Assembly (NCBI GenBank): GCA_041862375.1
Contig: JBGVTE010000141.1
Coordinates: 6,465 to 70,464, forward strand
Reading direction: 5' to 3'
DNA from: Candidatus Aminicenantaceae bacterium
GTDB lineage: Bacteria; Acidobacteriota; Aminicenantia; Aminicenantales; Aminicenantaceae
DNA: 64,000 bases
Part shown: piece by piece, positions 1-8,733 of the stretch
Position numbering within the stretch: the first letter of the stretch is position 1
How the letters are laid out: each line of letters begins with the position of its first letter
The notes under the pieces: model-generated
Database searches by the model: none
Told to the model about the DNA's origin: nothing
The model's input: only the letters and a program-made list of their open reading frames with translations
Made by a program: the position numbers and the translations under genes

Positions 1-1041
1 GGAATGATGCTTATCCGGGCCTCTCATGAAGAGAAGGGAAATCCTAGAAAGATCGTCCTCATACCAGACTCAGCTCATGGAACTAATCCATCAAGTGCTC
101 ATATTTGCGGTTATCAAGTAAGAGAAATAAAGTCAAACGAAAAGGGTACTATTAATGTTGATGATCTTTCCCAAAATATGACTGAAGACGTTGCAGCCTT
201 GATGATTACTAATCCCAACACTCTGGGAGTTTTTGAGGATGAGATTAAGAAAATAGCTTACATCGTCCATGCTAAGGGCGGTTTTATCTACATGGATGGT
301 GCTAACATGAACGCTCTTGCAGGGATCTGCCGTCCCGGAGATATGAATGTTGATGTTATTCATTTAAATCTCCATAAGACCTTCTCAACACCTCATGGCG
401 GAGGTGGTCCCGGTGCTGGTCCGGTAGGTGTTAAAAGAAAGCTAGAGCCTTTTCTTCCAATTCCTGTCATAGAGAGAGAGGGGAATCAGTACTTTCTTGA
501 TATCGACCGACCCCAGAGTATCGGTAGAGTCAGAAGCTTTTTTGGAAATTTCGCGGTTATAGTCAAATCTCTTGCCTACATTTTATCCCTTGGATTCGAA
601 GGGCTTAAAGAAATATCAGAGATTGCCGTTCTGAATTCTAATTATATTCGTAAAAGTCTGGAGAAAGATTACTACCTCAAATACGAATCTCCTACACTCC
701 ACGAATGTGTATTTTCAGATAAATTCCAAAGAGAGTACGGAATCCAGAACATCGATATCGCAAAAAGGCTTATTGATTTTGGCCTTCATCCGCCCACGAT
801 GTCTTTTCCATTGATTGTTCACGGAGCCTTGATGATTGAGCCAACCGAAACTGAGAGCAAGAGAGATTTGGATCTTTTTATCGGAGCAATGAAACAGATT
901 GCAAAGGAAGCGAAGGAAGATCCAAAGATACTCAAATCTGCGCCTCATATTTCTTATGTCAGACGATTAGACGAAACATCTGCAGCTCGTAATCCTATTC
1001 TGAAATGGGATTATCAGACTGATAAGGTGAAAAAGGAATAA
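1..1041 (+). CDS. gcvPB: glycine dehydrogenase (decarboxylating) subunit 2, C-terminal part; 5' end lies outside the window
   Basis: Reading frame is open from base 1. PLP-lysine region 'HLNLHKTFSTPHGGGGPGAGPVGV' is typical of GcvPB. Confidence 0.9.
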   Translation, partial: GMMLIRASHEEKGNPRKIVLIPDSAHGTNPSSAHICGYQVREIKSNEKGTINVDDLSQNMTEDVAALMITNPNTLGVFEDEIKKIAYIVHAKGGFIYMDGANMNALAGICRPGDMNVDVIHLNLHKTFSTPHGGGGPGAGPVGVKRKLEPFLPIPVIEREGNQYFLDIDRPQSIGRVRSFFGNFAVIVKSLAYILSLGFEGLKEISEIAVLNSNYIRKSLEKDYYLKYESPTLHECVFSDKFQREYGIQNIDIAKRLIDFGLHPPTMSFPLIVHGALMIEPTETESKRDLDLFIGAMKQIAKEAKEDPKILKSAPHISYVRRLDETSAARNPILKWDYQTDKVKKE

Positions 1042-1062
1042 TAGTACTTTCAAGGCAAAAGG

Positions 1063-1905
1063 ATGACCATTCAAAATCTGGTTATGGCTCTCCAGAGATT
1101 CTGGTCTGAACAGGGATGCTATCTAGCGCCTTCCTATGATATTGAAGTTGGTGCAGGGACTATGACTCCTGATACATTTTTCAGAGTTTTGGACAAGAGG
1201 CCGTGGAAAGTAGCCTATGTACAGCCCTCTCGAAGGCCTACTGATGGAAGATATGGAGAAAATCCTCATCGAGTGCAAAAACACTTCCAGTTCCAAGTTA
1301 TCATGAAGCCTTCTCCTATTAACATTCAACAAATATACATTGACAGTTTGACAGCTTTAGGTATTCGGCTACAAGAGCATGACATCCGTTTTGATGAAGA
1401 CGACTGGGAATCTCCTACGATCGGAGCCTGGGGTGTTGGCTGGCAGGTCTTGCTGGACGGATTGGAAATAACACAGTTTACGTACTTTCAGCAAGCAGGT
1501 GGAATTGATCTATTTCCAATTCCAGTTGAAATAACTTACGGTTTGGAAAGATTAGAGATGTTTCTTGAAGGAAAAGATAATATCTTTGATTTGAAGTGGT
1601 CTGGAGATGTAAAGTACCAAGATTTGCGGTATTTAGAGGAAAAAGAATTTTCTGAATATAATTTTAGTGGTGCAAACATAAGAATTCTTCAAAAGTCATT
1701 TAATCTCTGGGAAAAAGAAGCACAGAGTCTCCTGCGAAAAAATTTACCGCTTCCCGCCTACGATATTTGCCTAAAATTGTCTCACTTTTTCAATCTCTTG
1801 GATTCCAGAGGTGCGATAAGCGTGACTGAAAGAGTGAAATTTATTGCTCAGATAAGAAATATAGTTAACCAGATTGCACATAAATACGTCTCAAAGGAGA
1901 GCTAA
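1063..1905 (+). CDS. glyQ: glycine--tRNA ligase alpha subunit
   Basis: N-terminus 'LQRFWSEQGCYLAPSYDIEVGAGTMTP' and a length of 280 aa are typical GlyQ. It lies directly upstream of glyS. Confidence 0.95.
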   Translation: MTIQNLVMALQRFWSEQGCYLAPSYDIEVGAGTMTPDTFFRVLDKRPWKVAYVQPSRRPTDGRYGENPHRVQKHFQFQVIMKPSPINIQQIYIDSLTALGIRLQEHDIRFDEDDWESPTIGAWGVGWQVLLDGLEITQFTYFQQAGGIDLFPIPVEITYGLERLEMFLEGKDNIFDLKWSGDVKYQDLRYLEEKEFSEYNFSGANIRILQKSFNLWEKEAQSLLRKNLPLPAYDICLKLSHFFNLLDSRGAISVTERVKFIAQIRNIVNQIAHKYVSKES

Positions 1906-1907
1906 TC

Positions 1908-3986
1908 CTGAGAGAATTTCTTTTAGAAATAAAAACTGAAGAAATGCCTTCTTCCCATGTAAAGGCTGCTCTGTCCCAGCTTAAAAATAAATTCGAAGAA
2001 GATCTTTCATCTTTGAGCGTAACTTTCAAGAAGCTTAAAACTTACGGAACCTGTCGCCGTTTGATAGTTCTTTGTGATTTAGCCATAAAGCAGGAGGATA
2101 AAGAGGAAATAATAGTTGGCCCCCCTAAAGCCGTTGCCTTTGCTGAGGACGGAACGTTTACCCAGGCAGCAAAAGGTTTTGCTAAAGCTAAAGGCGTTAG
2201 TGTGAAACAGCTTCAGGTTCTTAAAACTAAAAAAGGAGAATATGTAGGGCTAAAGAAAGTAAAAAAGGGGAAGCTTACTAAGGATACTCTCAGCAGCCTG
2301 GTACCTCAGATTATCTCTTCCTTAACCTTCCCAAAAATGATGAGATGGGAAGAGAGTAACTATAAGTTTTCGCGCCCAATAAATAATGTGCTCTGTATTT
2401 TTGGAGGAGAGCTCATTTCCTTCACAGTAGCTGGCAAATCTTCATCTGATTCCACAACCGGTCACAGGGTATATTTTCCTCAGAAATTAAAGATAAATTC
2501 TTTTCAAAAATACAGAGAAGTATTAGACAGAAAAAAAGTAATTGTAGATCAAGAAAAACGAAGAAGAGTGATATTGAATCAGATAGAGAGAAAGCTTATA
2601 CCTCTTAACGCTCAACTGCTTCCTGATGAAGAGCTTTTGGAAGAGCTTGTGTATAACATTGAACATCCTTATGTTTTCCTGGGTTCTTTTCCAGAAAATT
2701 ATTTGAGTCTGCCCTTGGAAGTGTTAAGTACTGCCATGAAAGAGGGGCAGAAGCTGTTCTCGGTAGTCAGAGGGAGTAAGCAGTTGCCGTATTTTCTTGG
2801 AGTAGCTGATGCCTTCCGTGATTCGAAATCTTTGATAAGAAAAGGAAATGAGAGAGTACTCAAAGCTCGATTAGAAGATGCTCGATTCTTTTGGAAAGAA
2901 GATCAAAAAATACCCACAGGGAAGAGATTGGAATCTCTGGGAGAAGTTGTATTTCAAGAAAAATTGGGAAGTTACAAGGATAAATCACAAAATCTGAAGA
3001 AAATAGTCTCCTATCTTGCTGATAAAGTTGATGCTGGAAAAACAAAAAAAGAACTCATGCAGGCAGCTGAATTGTGCAAGACTGATCTTGTAACGGAGAT
3101 GGTTAGAGAGTTTCCTTCTCTTCAAGGAAAAGTAGGAGGCCTATATTTGAAAGCAGAAGGATATCCTGTTTCTGTTTGGAAAGCTGTCTATGAACACTAT
3201 CAGCCAACCGGGTCAGATGATGCCTCTCCTTCAACACTCAGCGGAGCTCTCCTCTCTATTGCCGATAAACTTGATTCTATAGTTGGATTAGCAGGAGTGG
3301 GTATTCGAGTAACAGGATCAAAAGACCCGTTTGCCCTCCGACGGCATGCACATGGTATTTGTAAAATTATTCTAGATAAAAAGCTATGTTTTTCTTTTAC
3401 TCGCCTCGTGGATAAAATGTTAAATGTCTACGGAGAAAAATTAGAATGTTCCAAGGAAGAAGTAAAGAGCTATTGTTCTGAATTTTTCTTGAGCCGCCTT
3501 CAGCATATCTATGAAAGCAGAGGTTATCGTTACGATTTAGTAAAAGCTGCACTTCAGGCTGGGATAGACAACATTTATTATTCCTTTCTCAGGCTAAAGG
3601 CTTTAGATGCTTTAAAAACAAGTTCTCATTTCGAACCATTAATACTCATCACAAAACGTGTAAATAACATTATTCAAAGCCAACCACCTTATAAGCTAAA
3701 ACCAGATTTACTCCAGGAAAAAGAGGAGAGAGAACTCTACACTACCTTTGCCATAATAAAAGATAATGTTTTACCGATAATCGCAAGGGGAGATTTTACC
3801 CGGGCACAAAAAATTATTCTTAGCATAAGGTCTTCAATAAATAAATTCTTCGATGATATCCTCGTTATGGCCGAGGAAGGTAAAATCAGGAGAAATCGTC
3901 TTGCTCTTCTCCAAGAAATAAGCAAGTTATTTGTGCACATAGCAGATTATTCTCAAATTGTTGTTGAAGAGCACAATAAAGATTAA
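1908..3986 (+). CDS. glyS: glycine--tRNA ligase beta subunit; proposed CTG start, the first ATG is at 1944
   Basis: The frame is open from 1884. The conserved GlyS N-terminal motif reads 'LREFLLEIKTEEMP' and begins at CTG 1908, upstream of the first ATG. AAGGAG at 1894-1899 lies 8 nt before that CTG. Confidence 0.85.
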   Translation: MREFLLEIKTEEMPSSHVKAALSQLKNKFEEDLSSLSVTFKKLKTYGTCRRLIVLCDLAIKQEDKEEIIVGPPKAVAFAEDGTFTQAAKGFAKAKGVSVKQLQVLKTKKGEYVGLKKVKKGKLTKDTLSSLVPQIISSLTFPKMMRWEESNYKFSRPINNVLCIFGGELISFTVAGKSSSDSTTGHRVYFPQKLKINSFQKYREVLDRKKVIVDQEKRRRVILNQIERKLIPLNAQLLPDEELLEELVYNIEHPYVFLGSFPENYLSLPLEVLSTAMKEGQKLFSVVRGSKQLPYFLGVADAFRDSKSLIRKGNERVLKARLEDARFFWKEDQKIPTGKRLESLGEVVFQEKLGSYKDKSQNLKKIVSYLADKVDAGKTKKELMQAAELCKTDLVTEMVREFPSLQGKVGGLYLKAEGYPVSVWKAVYEHYQPTGSDDASPSTLSGALLSIADKLDSIVGLAGVGIRVTGSKDPFALRRHAHGICKIILDKKLCFSFTRLVDKMLNVYGEKLECSKEEVKSYCSEFFLSRLQHIYESRGYRYDLVKAALQAGIDNIYYSFLRLKALDALKTSSHFEPLILITKRVNNIIQSQPPYKLKPDLLQEKEERELYTTFAIIKDNVLPIIARGDFTRAQKIILSIRSSINKFFDDILVMAEEGKIRRNRLALLQEISKLFVHIADYSQIVVEEHNKD

Positions 3987-4071
3987 TTTGATTAAAAGTT
4001 TTATTGTTTTGATATTTATTTACATAAGTAAAATTTAAATTTTGCTGTTAAATCTCTGAGAGGAGACAGAA

Positions 4072-5169
4072 ATGAGATACAAGAAGTTAGTAATTTTAAT
4101 AATTGGAATATTTGCTGTCTTTTCCCTACATTCTTTTACAGCAATAAAAATACACAGAGAGATCATTCCTGATGCTATTTGTGATCTAAAAGTTACACCT
4201 GCAAAGGCAAACCTGAATGATCCTATTTCTGTGGATATGAGTGGTTCCCAGTTTGCAAAATCTATGGAAGTAGAAATATTTGATATTGCTGGCAATTTGG
4301 TTACTTCAAGAGTTTTAATGCCTGAATCTCCACAATGGAAAACAAGCTTTGATAAGCCTGGAGAGTATACTTTTAAAGGTAAAGCTCTTAATCTTGAAGG
4401 TGAACTTTCTGAAAATCTTTGTGAGGCTAAGGTTTACATCAATTTCCCGCCTACGTGTAGACTTTGGACGTCTTGTCTTCCCTGCGATGATTACGTAGAT
4501 AAAGTTATTGTATTTGATGGGTCAGGCTCTACTGATCCTGATGGAGAAATTGTCAGAGCAAATTTTGAGATTGTTGATGAAGCGGGAGATGTAGTAGACA
4601 AGAAAGTGATAACTGAAAGGCCCTTTACATGGGAGAAAGTTTTTAGAGAGCCAGGAGTTTATACAGTAATCTTAATTGTAACTGACGATTTTGGAGCATT
4701 ATCTGAAATATGCAGGCTTACTATAGAAGTGACCAAAAAAAGATTTTTTATTTTAGGTAGTGGAGGGCTTTTTTTAGCCAAAGATGGTCAAGAAGATAAT
4801 TATGGTCCCTACCTCGCAGTGCGTGTAGGTTTGCTTTACAAACTAATTCCAAATACATTAAGTTTTATCCTTTCTGGAGGAGGAGGTATAGCTCTTAAGG
4901 GACATCCATGGAAGAATGTACTCACGTTGAATGCACTGCTCAATTTGCATGCAGGACCTATCTTTTTCGGAGGAGGAGCAGGTTTAACAACGGAGGTTAA
5001 GGAAGCGAGGAACACAGATGCAGAACTGGTTTTAAATAGTGGATTTGATTTATTCGATACTCAGACTTCTATTGTCTCTATATTTGGAGAAGTGAGGATT
5101 CCTGTTGGAGAAGACCGCGAATTCTCAAAACATCATAAGTTGATGTTCGGCCTAAGATTTCTTTTTTAG
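4072..5169 (+). CDS. secreted protein with two Ig/PKD-like repeats and a C-terminal small outer-membrane beta-barrel
   Basis: N-terminal signal or anchor 'LVILIIGIFAVFSLHSF'. PKD signature 'VFDGSGSTDPDGEIV'. Gly-rich alternating C-terminal region ending in an aromatic residue, 'MFGLRFLF'. Confidence 0.6.
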   Translation: MRYKKLVILIIGIFAVFSLHSFTAIKIHREIIPDAICDLKVTPAKANLNDPISVDMSGSQFAKSMEVEIFDIAGNLVTSRVLMPESPQWKTSFDKPGEYTFKGKALNLEGELSENLCEAKVYINFPPTCRLWTSCLPCDDYVDKVIVFDGSGSTDPDGEIVRANFEIVDEAGDVVDKKVITERPFTWEKVFREPGVYTVILIVTDDFGALSEICRLTIEVTKKRFFILGSGGLFLAKDGQEDNYGPYLAVRVGLLYKLIPNTLSFILSGGGGIALKGHPWKNVLTLNALLNLHAGPIFFGGGAGLTTEVKEARNTDAELVLNSGFDLFDTQTSIVSIFGEVRIPVGEDREFSKHHKLMFGLRFLF

Positions 5170-5474
5170 TTACAGAAAATTATTTTTCTGATTGTGTTGG
5201 CATTCTGAATTATCTATCATATTTTTAAAAGCTGATACATCTTGAATGTGTCTTCCACTGAAGTTTCAATGCCATTTTTTCTTCCTCTTTAAAGGTGAAA
5301 ATCAGAGAGAAAAAATCACCTTTAAATTCATCTCACAAGGCTATTGAAATAATTCCGACCTTCTGAGAAGATAAAACACTTTTTAATCAGTCTAATGAGC
5401 ACAATACTAGTAGTGCCAAAAAAGATAAGCCGAAGGTTATAGATAATCATTTCTGCAAAAGGCAAGAGACAAAA

Positions 5475-7226
5475 ATGAGATTTAGTAATTTTTCCACCCT
5501 GAACAAACTTGATAAGGGAGAAACTCTTATAGAAGATCCTGCTGAGTTACAGAAAGCAAAAGAAATTATTCAGGGTTTATCAAAAACATTTTCTTTGCTT
5601 AAAGTGTACCCTCCTGATAATCCTTCTGTAAAAGTTTCTATAGAAGTTTTTTGTGAAAGAATCACAGAATTTTTAGGTGAGTACGATGTGTTAAAAATCG
5701 GTATAGACGAATTTTCTTTTGCTTTTAGAGGAGAACCATGCTTTATGGATAACCAGAGAAGGAAAAGCCTTCCTTTTCTATTCTTCAAAGATGGAATGAG
5801 AGAAATTGCTTTCTATAAAGGATTGAGCAGAGAGGAGATTCAAGATTTTCTCAAGGTAGTAAAGGAGGCATCGAATATCCCGCCAGAAGATAGTGATATT
5901 GTTGCATTACTTTGGGAAAAAGAATTTCCGCATATCCAGTATGTTAGTTTAAATGAATTTCTCGATTCAGATATTGGATTTGGAAAGGAAGAGCTTGGTT
6001 TGGAAATTGACAAACTTAAATTGACTTCAGATTCGATAAAGTTAACGCAGGAAGACTTAGTAGAAATACAAAAAATAAAAACAGAACATCCAGCCAGCCA
6101 GGCTTCTCTCTCTGATATTCCATCCATAAAAGAGTCTGATATTCCTGAAATACAATCGATGATCTCCGCCTCAAGAGAACGCTCTCATTTGAAGGAACTC
6201 ATGGTGTTGCTTTTTGAAATGCTCTGTTTGGAGAAAAGAGATGAACAGTTCTCGAGTGTTTTAAATGTGCTTGAAAAATGCCACTATGAAATGGTTAATA
6301 ACAAAGATTTTTCTAATGCTTCTATTCTTTTAAAACGCCTTTTGGATCTTAAAGTCATACTTTCTGCTAAATCTGATGAAAAAGCTAAGCTCATTGAAAG
6401 AATTCTCATTAAAACTAAGGATGAAAGTTCAATTGCTAAGTTGAAAGATATATTCTGTGATGGAAAGATAAAAGATTACGAATCTTTTTTTCAATACTTA
6501 GAATTACTAATCCCAGAGACAATCCTTTTGATCGGCGACATTTGGGAAAAAGTTGAAGAACATGGACTTTGTAGGCGGACTCTAAGCTTTCTTGAGAAAA
6601 GCGGCCCCAACCAAGTTGGCACCTTGATTAAAATAGCCCGGGCAGAAAGAGTTTCTTTGACTAAGGAAATCATAAGCATAATAGGAAAAACCGGTGATAA
6701 AAAAGCCGTTCCTTATCTTTTGGATCTCGCCCGCTTTCAAGATAGAGCAATAAGTATTGAAATTATCAGTGCTTTGAAAAAAATTGATAGTGATACAGCC
6801 AAGAAGGCTATTCTAAAGTTTCTATTCGAGGACGATGAAAAGGTTAGGATTACTGCTGCAGAGAATCTTGAGTATTTTGAAGATAAAAGTTGCCTGGATA
6901 CGATCTTTGAGATAGTCAAAAAGAAAGATTTCAAGAAGAAAAGCAAGCTTGAGAAGGAAGCTTTCTTAAATTTCTTAGCGAAATCAAGGAACGATAATGT
7001 TCATATCTTCTTTGGTTCCTTACTAAAAAAATCAAACATTCTATTTAAGAAAAGGCAAAATGAAACACGCCTGTGCGTTGTTTCTGCTCTGGAGTCTGCG
7101 GCAACTCCAGAAGCTGTAGCTATTTTGAAGGAGGGGACACATCTTCGAAGTAAAAGCATACGCCAAGAATGTCATATTGCCCTGAGAAAATTAGAAAAGA
7201 GTGATGCTTTAAAAGTAAAAATTTAG
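5475..7226 (+). CDS. HEAT-repeat protein with an N-terminal module shared with the downstream HD-GYP protein
   Basis: C-terminal HEAT/PBS-lyase-like repeats ('AVPYLLDLARFQDRAISIEIISALKKI', 'DDEKVRITAAENL'). Only a 9-nt gap to the next gene. Confidence 0.55.
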   Translation: MRFSNFSTLNKLDKGETLIEDPAELQKAKEIIQGLSKTFSLLKVYPPDNPSVKVSIEVFCERITEFLGEYDVLKIGIDEFSFAFRGEPCFMDNQRRKSLPFLFFKDGMREIAFYKGLSREEIQDFLKVVKEASNIPPEDSDIVALLWEKEFPHIQYVSLNEFLDSDIGFGKEELGLEIDKLKLTSDSIKLTQEDLVEIQKIKTEHPASQASLSDIPSIKESDIPEIQSMISASRERSHLKELMVLLFEMLCLEKRDEQFSSVLNVLEKCHYEMVNNKDFSNASILLKRLLDLKVILSAKSDEKAKLIERILIKTKDESSIAKLKDIFCDGKIKDYESFFQYLELLIPETILLIGDIWEKVEEHGLCRRTLSFLEKSGPNQVGTLIKIARAERVSLTKEIISIIGKTGDKKAVPYLLDLARFQDRAISIEIISALKKIDSDTAKKAILKFLFEDDEKVRITAAENLEYFEDKSCLDTIFEIVKKKDFKKKSKLEKEAFLNFLAKSRNDNVHIFFGSLLKKSNILFKKRQNETRLCVVSALESAATPEAVAILKEGTHLRSKSIRQECHIALRKLEKSDALKVKI

Positions 7227-7235
7227 GAGATTGAA

Positions 7236-8729
7236 ATGCTTGATCACTCAGAAGCTACATATGATGAAAGTAAAGCTGTCAGCATAAAAGCAAGGTACAA
7301 GAATCTTGCTAAACTCGGTGAAGAAATACTTGTACGATTTTCATCAGTAATAAAAACTGCTCAGATTTTCGAGCAAAATAACAATACCTTCATTCGGCAG
7401 ATTGGCCTTTTTTTCAACCGTATTCAGAATGCATTAGCGAATGAGAAGGAAGCTCTCTTTCAATTTAAAAAAAATATACTCTTTTTTAACTATTATCGCG
7501 TGAAATTTGATTTTTCTACTTACGATAGCTTTAAGTTTTTAGCAGATGCATTCAGAGAAAGAGAGATAGGATTATTAAATTTCAGCCTTGGCCTGCAGGA
7601 GGAGGAACTGAAAGATTTTATCCTTCTTTTTAATGATACAGAAACAAAAAAAGAAAACCCTTTTGAAGATTTTAGGAGAAAGTTAGCTGCTTCAGGAATT
7701 TCGCATATCACTATTGAAAAAATGCATCCATCTGAAATACTCATTGAAGAATCAATAGAGGAACAGAAGAAATTTGCTAAGAAGGTCTTTTTTAAGAGCA
7801 TTACTCATTTACAGGAAATAATCCAAAGAGAGAGACAGAGAAAAAGAATCAAAGTTAAGACTACACAAAGATTGATGCAAACCATCATCGATCTCATAAT
7901 CCAGAATGAATCTATTATGGTTGGATTGACAAATCTGAAAAACCACAATGAATATACTCTCAATCATTCTGTCAATGTCTGTTTACTTTCCCTTTGTTTG
8001 GGGAGAAGATTAGGTCTTGATAAAAGGGAACTGCGGGATCTAGGCATTTCTGCCTTTTTTCATGATATAGGAAAACTAGAAGTCCCCGAAGAGATACTTA
8101 ATAAACCAGGTAAATTAAACGATAAAGAGAGAGAAGAGGTCGAAAAGCATCCATACCAAGGAGCAGTCAAGCTCACGAGCTTAGAAGATATGAATTTGAT
8201 CCCTGTAAAGGCTTTATGTGTTGCCATGGAGCATCATATTGATGCTGACCTGAGTGGTTATCCAAAATATTGGAAAAAAAATTACATGGATATCTTCAGC
8301 AAAATTGTTGAAATAAGTGATTTTTTTGATGCGATTACGACCGAGAGGCCCTATCGAAAAAAAGTTATGAGCAGAGAAGAAGCTCTAAAACTGATGTTGA
8401 AAGACTTTAGTTATAAATTCGATCCTCTCATTCTGAAAGTATTTGCCAACATGCTAGGCATTTATCCTATTGGCTCTTTAGTAGCCTTAAACAGTGGGGA
8501 GGTTGGCATTGTCACTGAATTGAATCCAAATAAGGAATTCATGGCAAGACCCAGAGTCAAACTGATCTCTGATGAGACTGGTAATAAAATAGACGGAGAA
8601 ATTGTTGACTTGGCGGAAAAGGATTCTGCTACCAACACATTTAAAAGAACGATATTAAAGTCCTTGGATCCTAAACAATATAATATCAAAATCTCAGATT
8701 ACTTCTTGGTTGAAGGAAGCTATCTATAA
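7236..8729 (+). CDS. HD-GYP domain protein (putative c-di-GMP phosphodiesterase)
   Basis: 'FFHDIGK' followed by 'HHIDADLSGYP' and 'DAITTERPYRK', the HD and GYP signatures. Confidence 0.85.
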   Translation: MLDHSEATYDESKAVSIKARYKNLAKLGEEILVRFSSVIKTAQIFEQNNNTFIRQIGLFFNRIQNALANEKEALFQFKKNILFFNYYRVKFDFSTYDSFKFLADAFREREIGLLNFSLGLQEEELKDFILLFNDTETKKENPFEDFRRKLAASGISHITIEKMHPSEILIEESIEEQKKFAKKVFFKSITHLQEIIQRERQRKRIKVKTTQRLMQTIIDLIIQNESIMVGLTNLKNHNEYTLNHSVNVCLLSLCLGRRLGLDKRELRDLGISAFFHDIGKLEVPEEILNKPGKLNDKEREEVEKHPYQGAVKLTSLEDMNLIPVKALCVAMEHHIDADLSGYPKYWKKNYMDIFSKIVEISDFFDAITTERPYRKKVMSREEALKLMLKDFSYKFDPLILKVFANMLGIYPIGSLVALNSGEVGIVTELNPNKEFMARPRVKLISDETGNKIDGEIVDLAEKDSATNTFKRTILKSLDPKQYNIKISDYFLVEGSYL

Positions 8730-8733
8730 GCTG

